DNA of 64,000 nucleotides from Dudresnaya verticillata (GCA_977862235.1 OZ374564.1:682001-746000); one strand, 5' to 3'. Positions 12,711 through 25,869 are shown, counted from the stretch's first letter. Notes: a model not told the origin generated them from the letters alone. Numbers and translations are program-made.

Positions 12711-13409
12711 TTTTTGGCTCGCAGACTTGGCAAAACACACAAACAATCATTCCCAGGGAACTTTCGACGTGTCAAAGCCGTCGGTCATCTCGTACATTCG
12801 GACATTGTCGGTCCAATTCAGATGCCCTTCCCCGACCGTTTCCCCTATACCACAACATTTCTGGATGATAAATCCCGTTTCTCGGTCTTGGTATGTATAA
12901 GAAGCCGCAGTTTGCTGACAGCGGCCTCTGGTCAAGCTTCAGCAAAGTTTATCGAACTTGGAGGATCGGAAATAGCTAAAATTCACTCTAACAGGGCTGA
13001 GGAGTATTTGGCTTCCCGGAAAGATTTGGGAGGAGTTGGAGATAGTGGTAAATACTTCTCCCCACCGTATACTCCGGACTTCAATGGAATCTGGGAAAGG
13101 GTGAACCAAACTATGCTTGAAGCTGCCTTGGCTCTGCTGATCCAGGCTCATTCACCGAGATATTTGTGGCCATTTGGGCTGAAGCACGCCGATTATGTGC
13201 GCAAACGAGTAATACACCCAGCCGCTGGGGCTACGCCATACTCGGTCATTACAGGCAATGTTAGTGGTTTAAAATATTTAAAAGTGAGTCAATGGGTTGC
13301 ACACGTCCCAAGGGTCCCACAAAGATCCCACTTCCAGTGTCGTCCGCTTGAAAGGGTTCACATCGAGACTCTTGAACATGCGATCTACAGGATATTGTTC
13401 ACTGACGGT
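12711..13409 (+). pseudogene. Old Copia integrase fragment, left half
   Basis: LGKTHKQSFPG..LVHSDIVGP..FLDDKSRF..PPYTPDFNGIWERVN; clearly homologous to the intact Copia polyprotein at 50890-55212. Confidence 0.92.
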
Positions 13410-13418
13410 TGTGCCACA

Positions 13419-13440
13419 CACCAGGGGGACAAATCAAGGC
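13419..13440 (+). repeat. Left terminal inverted repeat
   Basis: CACCAGGGGGACAAATCAAGGC, preceded by CA at 13417-13418. Confidence 0.92.
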
Positions 13441-13701
13441 CCCAAACTACATTTGGCCGGGGTCAAATCAGAGATGCCCTGTTCCGCGCGTCTCAAAATT
13501 AGGAACAGCCGCAGTAAAGGTGATTTGCGATATAATTATACAATTTATCAAATCAATTCACGGCTTGTGCGCAGCTCTAATTGTAGAGTCAGAACAACTG
13601 CATGTAGCATACCGCGCCGCACCCCGCAAGTTTGTAGTTTGTGCATCTCCAAATGTAGAAGTTCCCGTCCTTTCGCCATGACATTGCAGAACTCGGGGAT
13701 T

Positions 13702-14693
13702 TGTTGAGGACATGGTCGCTGGCGCCTCACGTCAGGGGTCAGGTACCCTAGATGGTACCCTGGCACGCTTTCACCAAACTTTCCGGAGACGACAGCCCTT
13801 TTTCCGGGCTTCCAAAATCACGGCGCATTTAGGCCTTTTGCAAAAGCAACGTGAAACGGGCTTCTGATTGGTTGTTACAAACCGCCTCCATGGTCTATAT
13901 GGCTTACAAGTGTTGTGCTGGAATTGGCGGTTATAACAGGAACGGCCAAGTGGAACGATCTGATTGGACCACATGAATGCACGTGGTATGGCATGGAATG
14001 GTACTGGTATGACGCGCACTGTACTCCACAAGTACATATGAACGTGCCATGCAATGTGCTGATGGCGTCTGAGTTGGTACTGCAGGGACTTGCGCTACGT
14101 GGAGCCTGGCTTGTGATATCAGCAGATGCAGTTGTCGTGCGGTCGACACGTTGGTTTACAGTTGCCACGTAGCTGTCGTGCGGCCGACACGTTGGTTTAC
14201 AGCTGCCACGTAGGCAAATCTGGGTGATTACGTGGTCAATGATCCAAGTTGGATATTCATGGACGGATTTCAGCTCGTAAGTGCGGCCACGTGGTGTGCA
14301 GTGTTGTCCGACAGCAGCCATGCGGGGACACTCGATACTTTCAAGTTCCCGCCCAAAGTTGGAGTACATATGAATGGCAGGAAATGCGGTCGCAAGAGGG
14401 ATTGCTGATGTCAGCAGTTAGCAACACTGGTGTGCAAGTTCCCGCCCATTTTGGTGGCGGATGTGAGTGTGCTGAGAGTATGATTTGGTAGATTTAATTG
14501 CTTTACTTTTTCCCGCCCATTTGATGATAGGGATTTTGGGCGTTTCTTTAATGATTTGTTTTGTTTGTGTTCACGCAGCAACTCATCCGAAAAGCTGATA
14601 TAAGCCATGTCGGATGGTCGACTGCAGTAAACGAAGTCAAGCGACTTCCATTTCTCATCTTGTTCAACTCCAACCTCTCCATATTCCTTTTCA
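13702..14693 (+). mobile_element. Copia solo LTR (992 bp) with TSD GGATT, nested in the giant transposon
   Basis: TGTTGAGG...CTTTTCA; GGATT at 13697-13701 and 14694-14698. Confidence 0.95.
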
Positions 14694-16732
14694 GGATTGG
14701 ACCCAGCCAGACTCACATATTACAATCCTCTTCCCCACGCTGTTACACATATCGCACTTCCACACTCCGAGCTATTCCATTTGCCTCCCCCTACAAATAC
14801 CGTCCTTGCTCCGCTAGGTTCTTAGCTTTCCGGTTTCGTAGTTGCACGTGCGCTTTCAATTTGAGTAAACCCAGCTACTTTTACTTAACTTCTCCGCCTC
14901 CATCACTTCTGTTCGCATATGTAGTTTCGAAGAACTAGCTCCGCTATATTCCAGAATCAATAGTACCCCTGCGCGAGTAGATGTCGCAACTTCAAGGATA
15001 CGGTGTTGCAAACACGGCCAAACGGACAGGCCAGACCCTCCTTTTCCTGGTTGCATGCATCATACCCATGGACCTTTCCCACCTTTATCATTTCAGTTCG
15101 ACTCGTTGCAATGCGCACACATTCTCACTCCATGATTACTGAACTGATGAATCTGAAAGAGGAAAGACCCGGCAGGTCCTGACGGAGCATGGAGCATGTG
15201 TGCGCATTCCCTAGTTTCCATATTCCCAGGACTCTATGGCCAGGTGTGGTTTGTAAATGCGTAGGGTTTACAAGCCGTGTAATAGTACCACTAGATTACT
15301 TGCTCCGGTGCTTCTGAAACTAGATAGTTTCAAGAGCACTCGGGCAAGCAGGCACCACCCTTTTGCCATCTCTTTACTTAGCATTAACTCATTCCACCTG
15401 TACCACGGCCCCTGCCGAACGTACATATTCTGTCTATTGGGAGAAGCTTTCGCAGTTTTCTATCTAACTAATAGTTCTTCTCTTGGAAACCTACGAAACG
15501 CCCCTAAGTCACATATGAAGTGTAGTTCAATGACCAACCTAGTGGCTGTGGACAGCCAGCCTCATCCACACATTTCCGTAACAAAGCGGCCGTCACTAGA
15601 ATCATCCTTTCCCTCGGCAGAACCTTTCCTCTGGTGGTTGGGTCTGCACCTCCATCACGAGCCAGAGACTACGTATAGAGACGTAGTGGTAATACATGGA
15701 GAGAAAAGCTGCACGGGGAGAAAGGTTGACCATGAAGAAAGGTTGATCAGGAAGAAATGTTGAGCACAAAGAAAGGATAAGGGCATTGGCAATGTAAAGA
15801 AAATGTAAGGACAGTTCAATGGATTTCGAAACGTCAGCATTAGTGCGAGAAAGGCGAGTTTGAATGCGTTTGAACGGGTACTGTACCTTGAGATGAGTTC
15901 GGCATGTCAAAGCTCTTGAAATACGAAGTATATGGACACTACCATATGGTATATATCCCGTCTTCTCTTAGGAATGCTTGGAGACTTGGCCGTAGACCGA
16001 AGGTGACGGCGTCCTTACGAAGTAGATACGGGTTGAAGGAGAATCTTCATGCGCGTGATATCACATGGAACATGAAAAGCGGACCTAGGCGCCTAGCTAG
16101 ATAGCGTTCCAATTCCGTCCTTGCAGACTTTATAGCGCGGTGGTTGTGGTCAGCCCCGTTTCGATTCCCTGAAAGACCGTGTCGGAATTTCGAAGGATCC
16201 CTCGAACTCCCACAACCGCTCTTCAGCGAGCTGAAGAGCGCGGGAAGGACGAGGTTGTGAAATCGCCATAAACAGTCACGGATATGCTTGTGCCCCAAAC
16301 CACTTGTTTAATCCAATGGAAGCACGTTCTGGTCACATTGGACACATTAACCATCCAACCAGGACCCGCAAACACGATCCGGGTCCCTTTGAAACGACAC
16401 TTCTCTGCATCAGCATGTTCGCAGCAGATAGGAAAGGACACTCATTCCCTAGGAAATCTCAGAATATGGTGTGAGTCAATCAGACAAACACTCTCTATGA
16501 GCGTTTCCAGAACGTGAACGTGGCGTTTTATTTGTTCGATGACTGTCAAACGACGAGGTTTCCCACTTTCACTGGGGCAGGGCGCGCGCGCGGGAAGATT
16601 GCTGCAACGATGAATTGCATCCTTTCTACATGGAAAGGGCCAATGAAAGGACAAGAGATTGGGAATGCCGCGTAATTTACAAATCGAGGTCTATTTCTGA
16701 ATTTGTCAATCATTTCCATTGCGTCTCACCTG

Positions 16733-16785
16733 CCGGATGGACACAGGCATTCACCCTTGTAGGGTGAATCCCTGTGTCCATCCGG
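16733..16785. other. Hairpin with 25-bp arms, 1 mismatch, 3-nt loop
   Basis: CCGGATGGACACAGGCATTCACCCT-TGT-AGGGTGAATCCCTGTGTCCATCCGG. Confidence 0.85.
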
Positions 16786-16918
16786 TACGCTCTGACCGCC
16801 ATGACATCACACAGTAGCTGCTCCCATTATGGCGGGAAACACGATCTCAGAAAGGAAAGAATGTGAGTCCTACGGATGAAGGTGCCCGTCTTTCTGACCC
16901 AAAACATGAAAGGATAGC

Positions 16919-19185
16919 TTGGCTTCTACAACCACGAAAGGTTATCGGCATAGACATTTCCAATTGAGCTTAAGCTCACGTTCTGCAAAACGTTCAGTAT
17001 CATCTTCACTCATACTGGCAAGTCGCGCCAACCTTGGAAGCCTATATCTCACAACCGATATGTTGGCAGAAACTTCAAGGTCCGCCATGGTTGCATCAGC
17101 TGCTCAAGAGCAGAATGGGATCAGGGTAGGTTCTGGTACGATGAGCACGCAGGTACCAATCCAGAGCGGGGAGCCTGGCTTCGGAGCGAATTGCGCAGAA
17201 GACTTACGTGGTGGAGGTATGCGGGCACTGGTTCCAGACGTTAATGCCAACCTACAGGTTGCTTCTGTTGTCCGACGTGAGTTACGTGAAATCAAGGACT
17301 TTATCAATACCTCTCTAGGTTCGCTGAAGAAAGAAGTGAAAGAGGAAGTGCAGAAGATATCAACAATTTCTGATTGTCTGAAGGATGTCATGAGCAATGT
17401 TAACGTTTTGAATACGCAGCGCAGACATTCACGCAAGGATGGGTGCACGGGTAAGCGCAAGAAGCAGGAGCAGGAAGAAGAAGTTAAGATAGAGAAGATG
17501 GAACAAGTAACTGGTCTACCTCTCATTGCAGATCGTGTTCGACTGACGTGGACCATTTTACAAACACTGAATGCCAACCTTTCTTCAGATCTGAGTTCCG
17601 CTGTGGACCTTCCGTTTAACGCTTCCGATATCTCCGCTGCTAATGAATCTGGAAGAGAATGTGAATCAAGCGTTATTCCGACCTTTCCTGCGTACCTATT
17701 CTCGAGGCAGCGCATTGACACGAAGAAGAAGCACAAGTCGTCAATTGCCAGCAGGGCAAGGGAACTTTACTCCGAAATGATTATTCGTTTGGTTTGGTCT
17801 TCGAGGGCCGGAAATCTTTGTTCTTCGTCCCATATCCCGGTCGAGATAGCCCACCGCATACGTCAGTTGCTATGCCGGAATGGCTGTACGTCTTCTTTCT
17901 TCGGTCTGCAAGGAGGGCGACTGGAAATTCTAGACTTGGCTGTGACTCGATTGATCTTGTCGGTAAAAGCACAGACACAGTTCCCCTGGACATGACGGGT
18001 CGGCTGACGAGCGGCCTATCAAGGACGGAGTTGCAGCATGCTCGCATATTTGAGAAGAGAGCAATGAAAGGACAGGTTGATCAAGTGCTGAGGAGAGCTC
18101 ATGAAAGTAGGGAGGAAGGGCATAAGCGCGCTCGAGGAGATCCGCTACAGAATACTGTTTCTAAGAGTGCAGAGGCTAAGAAGTATTGGAATTTGGAGAA
18201 GACATTCACGGGTGGTATTGATCTTCTACGAAAACACACTGCAAGGGTCATCAACACTGGAAGAATGGCTGCCCGAAACGTCATTTTTAAGTCCTTCGGT
18301 TTCAACCTTGCATACCTTGAGGAGAACGAGGCAATCGTTTCAGATGAGTACGGAATTCAACTCGCCCCTCTTTCCTCGGAGGAAGAAGAGTTCTATACTT
18401 CCAAGATCAGTTTGGAAACTGTTATTGGTACAGCTTCTATACTAGAGGTAGGGGATGGGGAGACGGAAATTGAAAGCGTGGACACGACTAACGAAATCCA
18501 GTTCGGTAACCTTCAAAATTCCTTCCCCTCATTAACTATTAGTCTGTAGTATCAAGCTGTGTACCGAGAGAAAGGACGAGCAGGTCGGTTGTCGGGAACC
18601 GCTCCGGTAACAGAGCAAAAATGGACGCAATACGAGCAGGTATCTCTTCATGCAGTTGCACTTCGTGTCTTAATGGAGGCTTCGCGAGCAGAGGGTATGG
18701 CGAACGTTTTGCGGTCCACAAAGCTATCTCTGAGAGCAGTGCATGCTCTAGCGCTGACCTTTCGTGCCATCATTGCATCAGAACTTGGAAAGAATGTGAA
18801 CAGAATCGAAACGTTTCTCTTAGGATCAATAACCTTGCACACTGTTGCACGTAAGGATGAGAGTGGGGTAAGAAAGTCTCAAGATGGTACCGGCGATGGA
18901 AATCGTAGTGGTCGTTTGCGAGCACAGGACGAAGAGGACGAAGATGTTTTCCCCGGTCTGATGATCTTGGACAAGGACAAGATCGGATCCAGGTTGGCGA
19001 ATAGGTTTTCACGTTCAAAGGCAGAATACCATGATCATCTGGCAAAGGATAGAGTTGAAAAAGAGAGCCAAGACCGAGAAGAGACCTTCCATAACAGTTG
19101 CGCAAGGGACAGTCTTATCGCAAACTATGAGGAAGAGGGGATCCATATTCTGGAAGAAGACGAGGAGCTGGACCCATTCTTTTGA
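16919..19185 (+). pseudogene. Cargo gene 1, unknown ~700-aa protein with predicted coiled coil and acidic tail
   Basis: ORFs 16919-17995, 17794-18549 and 18559-19185 join via one frameshift (~17850) and one in-frame TAG (18547). Confidence 0.65.
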
Positions 19186-19438
19186 TCTTGTCACTCTCTC
19201 TGTCGGGAAAGTAGCAGCGCATTTTGTTTGAGTACATTATTGTTTTGCGTGGATACCTTGCGAAGCTTCTTAAAGTAATGATGTATGGGAAACAGAATTG
19301 CTTTGGGAAACAAAGTTGCTTTTCAATTTGTTGCATGCTCTGCACGGGAAATATGTCCATTGGAACTGCAGCTGCTGCAGTGGTGACAGTTTAATGCTTC
19401 AAAGCAACCACGAAATATATAAAGGAGATATCGTAGAT

Positions 19439-19498
19439 GCGTATCGACATGAAAACGATATGTATGTTGCGTATCGACATGAAAACGATATGTATGTT
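19439..19498 (+). repeat. 30-bp tandem duplication
   Basis: GCGTATCGACATGAAAACGATATGTATGTT x2. Confidence 0.9.
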
Positions 19499-20895
19499 GA
19501 TAAAAACAATTCTTCGGACTGGAATCATTGACCTTGCAGAGCTAGAGCTAGCTGTCGACATTGTTCGGCAATTAAATTTCCTACATTACCGAACTGAGTC
19601 ACTCCTAAGAAGATTTTCTATCCTACGTTACCGAAGGAATGCATGTCATGACGATATCCTTACTTCAAGTTTTCGAAAGGACGAACTCCTATGACGACGC
19701 CCTTTCTTACGTTGGAGAAAGGTCGACTTTATTTGAGACCGTCCTTTCCTATATCTCGAAAAGGATGTAGTACCCTGTGACGATACTGGTCGTTACATAT
19801 TATACCATGTACACTGTAAAGTATTCTTCATCGTGTATAGAAAGGAACATGAATTCTGGTGACGCGACAACGCGTTGTAGTCTCCTAGGTTTCGGAAAGG
19901 ATGACGATCTACAACAATGACAACGTCCTTTGCTACGTTTCAAAAAGGTCGACCTTAATTATATTTAGTAGTCCTTTCCTATATCTAGAAAGAATAAAGT
20001 GCTCTGTAACGATTCCTTTTCATAGGAAAGGGAATCGCAATGGTGGTATAGAAAGGGGCATGAATTGTGGTGACGAGGTCCTTTCCTTGCTCTCGAAAAG
20101 GATGACTATCTACGACGATGTCCTTTCCTAGCTGCAGAAAGAAAGATGTATATGTAAACGTCGTACGGACGTCCATTAACGTATTTATTCTTACATTTCG
20201 GGAAGGATCAATGCCTGTGACTATGGCTTTCCAGAAAGATATGGTCATGGACACGGTATGTGTACAGGAAAGGATATCGAAACATCATGATGCATCTCAA
20301 GATCAAGCATAATCTAGGTTATACTTCAGGTGAATTCTGTCGAAAGGACGCTGCGTCCTGGTGATCGATCACAAACTGCAGTTTGTAGGAAAGGGTATGC
20401 CCCTTCCTACTACAGTATAGATTATATTACTATAACGATAAATCTGTGCTGAAAGGATGAGTCACTACCGGAACGTATTTTCTGTCAGAACAAACTAAAA
20501 GATCTTATACTTTCGGAAGGACATTGTCTATGCTCGACGTACATCTAGCGTGAGCCTAGGCTTTGTGCAACACCAATTAACATTACACAACATGTTAACA
20601 TTTCTAACATTACCGAGAGGTTTAAGTTTTGTGAAAATATCCTTTCACACTTGCGATGCCGAGAAGACCGCGGTAACGCGTTTATGCCTAGGCGTAATGT
20701 CAAGCTCGACAATAACTATTTCCTAGAAAAGGAAAGGATCCGGAATGGCTGCTGCCGGGAAACAGCTGATTTTCGCTAGCGGAAGGAAAGGTACTTACTC
20801 AACTCGTAAAAGAAGTTAGTCAACTCGCGTCTCCCAATGACTCCTATAAAAACGTACTTTACGGGTTCTTTTTACTTCTCATAGTGATACTATGC

Positions 20896-23800
20896 TTAGT
20901 ATGAGTCGGTGTCGGAGTCCTGATCATTGTCATCGTCACTTTCTATCGTTACTGTACCCTCATGCTTACGTTGAATATCAGCAGGTGCAGCAGGTTTCGT
21001 CCTATCTCGAGGAACGTATCTGTTCAAGGGGAAAACGGGTGGAAGGTTCTCGTCATTGATCCGCCATGGAAAGTCGGGATCCTTGACTGACCACAGCGAG
21101 TCATGTAGTGTCGAACCGCTGCGTACACAATACGCATGTCCTCGAATGTTCACCGGGACGCCACGAACTTGGCACATATACAGATATCGACGATAGTTGG
21201 AATAGACGTCTTGACTGCTTGTGAGAGGATACGGCGAATAACCGCCACATCCGAAAGCCAGCTTGTTCTCCTCTCCACTAGCGCCTGCATGGCCGGTGTC
21301 CCCTCGAATGAGGAGGAGGCTGTACGGCGGAACAGTAACGAGCCTCGATGGCATGTGCCGAATCATCTGCCTCCTAGCCTCATCACTCAGAGTGTTCAAA
21401 ACCTTGTGCGAGCCCGGCCACATCCGTATCGCGAAAGGTTCGGCACCGGAGAACATAATCGTCAAATGGAGCATCTCTGGTGCGATTCCATACTTCTTCT
21501 CAGGCTTGTTCTCTCCAATCACACAGGGCATCCACCCTGGAGCTGGTATCATAAAGTCTGTGTGGCATCGTTGGGGAACAACGGCATCCGATGTGCAGAT
21601 CAATTGGCAGCCTCGCAACGGAATTCGCAACGGCTCTTCCCTATCCTGGAGTCCTGCATACTCCAGGTATAGCGCCAGGAAGAGCTCCAGCGCACTTGTT
21701 CTTGAATAATCCTTGGACCACGACCTTTCCTGAACTGTTATCCTCGGAAGAATCCGCCATTAGGGAATCGCAGAACATGTGCGCAGTAGATTGGAAGCGA
21801 AAGTTCTTCGCGGCCTCGTCCTTGTCCTTTCTCAGGACTTCTGCGATCTCCGTCGAAACCCTTGCAGTATCCTGCTCCGAGTTCGAAGTTATGATGTGCC
21901 ACCAGTTGTCGATATCATTCGGATCACGGGTGTTAGACTCCGAGAGCTGTTCTTCCAGCTTCGCAAGCATGTGTTTCATAACCGAGTCGACACATGCGGG
22001 TATGATGCCACTACCAGTTCGGGCCATGAAATGACGGTCGACGTAAAATCCATCTCTGTGAAGACACTCACGGAGGACGTTGAAGTGCGACTGCTGCCAG
22101 CGCTCGAAACGACTCGAATCCGACATGCTTGACTGCGGTTTATAACCGCACTGATAAGCCGATGAACTTGCTGTCCTGATGGAACGCCTAACCTCCTTCA
22201 CATCTTCCTCCCCCAGCACGATATTATGGGGCGCCTCCGCTGAAATTGCAGAAATGTCTTTGAGACGAAGTTCTTCTAGCATGCGAGCTCGCGGGAGGGC
22301 TGAGAGTTGTTCTTCAGTCATGGCATGGGGGTCTTGCCTGCAAGCCGAAATGGTATCCTTACGCGAGTAAAGAGAACTGTACTCATTCCAGACTGCTCGC
22401 AAGTGGTCCTTTGCGGCTCCCCTCCTTTCCCTCTGTGAAGCCTCCCTGTAACGAGAGAAGGGGACCTTGCGGTGGCTTGCTCGGATGCTGTAAACCATCC
22501 TTCCCTCCTCATCCTGCTTCTGGAATTCTGCAGGACCTGAACCGTTGTTCTCAATCGTTCCAATCTTCGGAAACCGCGAATCTTCTCGACGCTGATCTGG
22601 TGCCCGGTTGCGTCCCGCTTTCGAAACCTGCAGGTAGACATTCTTTGGGGCCACGGGCTCCACCACGTCTTCTGAGGTCTCCACACCGCTCGGCATATTC
22701 ACAGAAGGCTCTGGATGGGAGGGGTTCTCTGCTCTCTCAACCGGTACTCCAGACTTAGCAGGGGTACTACCGGACCCAGCGCTCGAGCGCATGCGCTTCG
22801 GATTTTCTGCAGGAGATGAGGAAAGAGAGCTGCGGCGGCCGGTACGTCTCCTGATAGGGCTGTCCTTTCTCCAACCTGATTGATTGGAAGAATTCTGGAT
22901 TTCGGACAGCTCACTGTCGTCCTTTCCGCGAGTAAGGACAATGTCCGTATCTTTCCTCACACGGCGCCTGGCACCACGAGCGGCGCGGCTTGCGAGGCGC
23001 GTGGCGTGCTCAGGAGTATCCTGTTCATTTACGGCACGCTCAGGAGGGGTGCTTGATGGCGTACCCCGGGGTAAGGACGGCCGTCCTTTCGCGGCACGCT
23101 CAGGAGGGGTGCTTGATGGCGTACCCCGTCCTTTCGCGGCACGCTCAGGAGGAGTGCTTGACGGCGTACTCCGTCCTTTCGCCGCGCGCTCAGGAGTGGT
23201 GCTCGAGTGCGTGCCCTTTCCTTTCGCGGCCGCGCCGGAAGGGCCTCTTGACTCTGTATCCTGTCCTTTCGCGGCACGCTTAGGAGGGGCGCTTGAGTTG
23301 GTATTCTTGTCATTCGCGGTAGGATATGAAGGGCTACGTAAGGCTTCTGAAAACCCTGTGTTAGGATGAAACGTTTCCTTGCGCAACTTCCCCAGAACGG
23401 AAGTTATGTATGCCATCTGTTCATTGAAGACTTCAAACTCGTCGTAAAGTGATGTGTGCTCCAAGGGCCATGACATTGCAATGGAAGATGCTCTGAAACG
23501 TTGCTCATCAACTTCAAAATGTTGAACAGCAAGACGAGATGAAAGAGCATACTCCAGACCGATGAAAGGATCTGATAGCAGATCGCTGGTGCCGTTCTGG
23601 TCAGGACGTGATCGGGGACTCTCGATTCTTACGTCGAACCATAAGCTGCTGAAAGACGTAGCATCAGGCCATGCCATTCGGAAGCTGCGTTCAGCAGCAT
23701 CCATAACTTTGGCTACAACGCTGATGAGGCGACCAATCTTGTCGGCGCTCCAAAGGTTGTCACCTTGTATACCAAACTTTTCTATGTAAATAGACCGGAA

Positions 23801-24844
23801 ATCTGCTGCACGCATGACGCAGAGTTTTCTCTCGTAATCGCTGAGCGACTGGAAGGCATGATCCGCAAGCACCGAAACGACGTAAGCGTTGCAACCTCTT
23901 GTTTTGAGAATTTCCTTCACATGGGCCATCAACTTTGGGGAGCCATCGGCGATGAGGGAAATGGAAACTGTGAGCCAGGCAAGGCGTTCCTGCATGGGCA
24001 TGTCCTTGAACATGTATTCATTTCCATTTCCGTCGATGCCCAAGTAGACCTCTTCTGCCGCGAACTCTTCCAAGATACCGACCTTGTCATCTTCATGAAG
24101 AAAGGACAAGGTTGCTGTGCTCGTATCGCTAGTCCTGTTGCTGATGTCTTCCAATAGCTTCAGAACTTTCGTGGACAAAGTCCCGTACGGCTTGTGATCC
24201 TCGTGCAGAAAGCGTTCCAATCCCCCAAGTATTTGAACTACGGCCCTAGCCTTTCTTTTCTCTGGAAGTCTCGCCAGTGAAGATTGAAGAAGTTCTTCGT
24301 CGGTGGGGATACCAGCATCGTCGGCATACAAATGATCTTCGTGCGTAGCTGACACGGGAGGATCGATAAACGTCACACGTCGACCTTGTCCCGTCCAACG
24401 AGACCCTGCCGCACGTGCGCTTCCGGAAGCAGCGGGTCGCGACACAGGGTCAGAGTCCTGTGCATCCGCCACTGCAGTTTCAAGGTCGACGGACGATGAC
24501 GCTCCACCCTTTGCAGGGAAAACCGGGGGGCGGTCCGCACTGATGAGCGGATGGTCTTCTCCAGCGACGGCTTGAAGACCTTCTTCAACCACTTCGCCAT
24601 GCGGCGAGCTAGTCACCAGCGTCTTTCTGCTGGTCTGCGGCTCTTCATCTCCTATCTCCTTGAGATTAATCGGCTTTCGAGCGAGTCTTCTCTTGACGCG
24701 AGGACTTTTGGAGCTCTTCTTGATCGCTAGAAGCCTGTCTTCACCGCGCTTCATCCTCTCCTCGTATTCCAGACCCTCCTTGGCCGGGTCATCCGACGGC
24801 TCTTCGTTGACTGGACTGATGCCTAGCCTTCGCTTCTTCACCAT
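20896..24844 (-). pseudogene. Cargo gene 2, ~1300-aa protein with C-terminal PhyH-like 2OG-Fe(II) dioxygenase domain (one frameshift ~21700)
   Basis: LHRDGFYVD (PhyH-type N-terminal motif) in ORF 21641-24844; QRCHTDF (HxD), MWPGSH and LLLIRGDTGHAGAS (distal H) in ORF 20896-21630. Confidence 0.72.
23030..23290 (-). repeat. Coding tandem repeat, ~45-bp unit (GRGTPSSTPPERAAK) x ~5
   Basis: Unit CCTTTCGCGGCACGCTCAGGAGGGGTGCTTGATGGCGTACCCCGT is visible on the + strand. Confidence 0.88.
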
Positions 24845-25728
24845 CCTTCCAAAACTTCTCGCGACGCGATGTGCCCTCCGGCAGATATGCGCACTCGAGG
24901 GCTGTGGCGCGCCGGCCGTGCAGAAAGCCTTGTTCGCGGAACGCTAGAGCGTGCGTCGGTTGATGGTATTAAAATACCGGGTCCCTGGCGTCAACACGTA
25001 CAGCAGGCCTGTCGAGCACCAGCGCAGGGAGGTCGGTGCTGCGGTAGTGATTCTACCGAGGCGAGTAGGGGAGTGGACAGGGAAGAAGGATGACGGTGAG
25101 CGCCGAACGGAGCAGGGAGGAGAAGATGTGGGTGGCGGCGCGGTGAATGTGTGTCGGGCACCTCGGTAGTGCGGTGACCGTATAGTCCTGGCCTGAAATA
25201 GGCCTTCAGAACCGTGAAAATACCAGCTTCTGTACGATGATGAACGCGCGTTCTCAACGGCAACCAGAGTTCCGGCGGAAAAGATGCGCTGCGGGCGGTT
25301 CCTCGACACGCACATGGCGCTTCTGGTTCCGCCCAAAGAATGTTTTTTTTGAGCCTTTCTTGGACTCTGACCTTCAGATGCGAAAGAGAATGCCTAAACA
25401 GTGGCCCTACAGCGCGCATGAAAGGTCTAATATGCTGCAAATGTATTGGACGTTGAGACTGTAATGTAAAAGATCCCAGTTTTCATTCATGGAGCGGACA
25501 CATGAAGGTGTTTATGTAAGCACCCACTTCGTGCGACATGGCCTGGTACGCGCACGGGTGGGCTGGGCCATTTTGACACATCCTTGCACAGACAATGATC
25601 AGTGTTGGGTATCCAGAAGTAAACCATGCTCACTCAAATGTAAGAAGATGGGAAAGGACAGCAATCCAATAACAATGGTCCTCTCTCAAGAGGAAAACAT
25701 GGCAGTTTGTGATGAAATGAATGTTCTC

Positions 25729-25789
25729 AGTTCGGAGAAGCGGAATCAGTACTGATTCGGAATCAGTACTGATTCCGCTTTTCCGAACT
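25729..25789. other. Near-perfect 61-bp palindrome containing two AATCAGTACTGATT palindromes
   Basis: AGTTCGGAGAAGCGGAATCAGTACTGATTCGGAATCAGTACTGATTCCGCTTTTCCGAACT. Confidence 0.85.
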
Positions 25790-25869
25790 TCGCTGAACAT
25801 GATCCGCGGATGCGCTTTCCGCTTTCCGCGGAATGCGCAGATTTCTCTAACAAGATGACAACCTGTACA

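Noticed and set aside
14694..14706. GGATTGGACCCAG as a PBS of a full Copia element
   Set aside because: GGATT is the TSD matching 13697-13701 and no gag-pol follows, so this is a solo LTR.
13771..14716. Recurrent short ORFs (MYSNFGRE..., MYLWSTV..., MAYISFSD...) in five places
   Set aside because: They lie inside near-identical Copia LTR copies and overlap on both strands; no protein motifs.
14700..16700. Additional cargo gene
   Set aside because: Only short ORFs on both strands with no motif; a decayed gene cannot be supported or excluded.
20896..21630. Assignment to TET/JBP, AlkB or JmjC
   Set aside because: The motifs seen (DGF near the domain start, WPGSH) fit PhyH-like enzymes better. 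TET-like activity is only a hypothesis.
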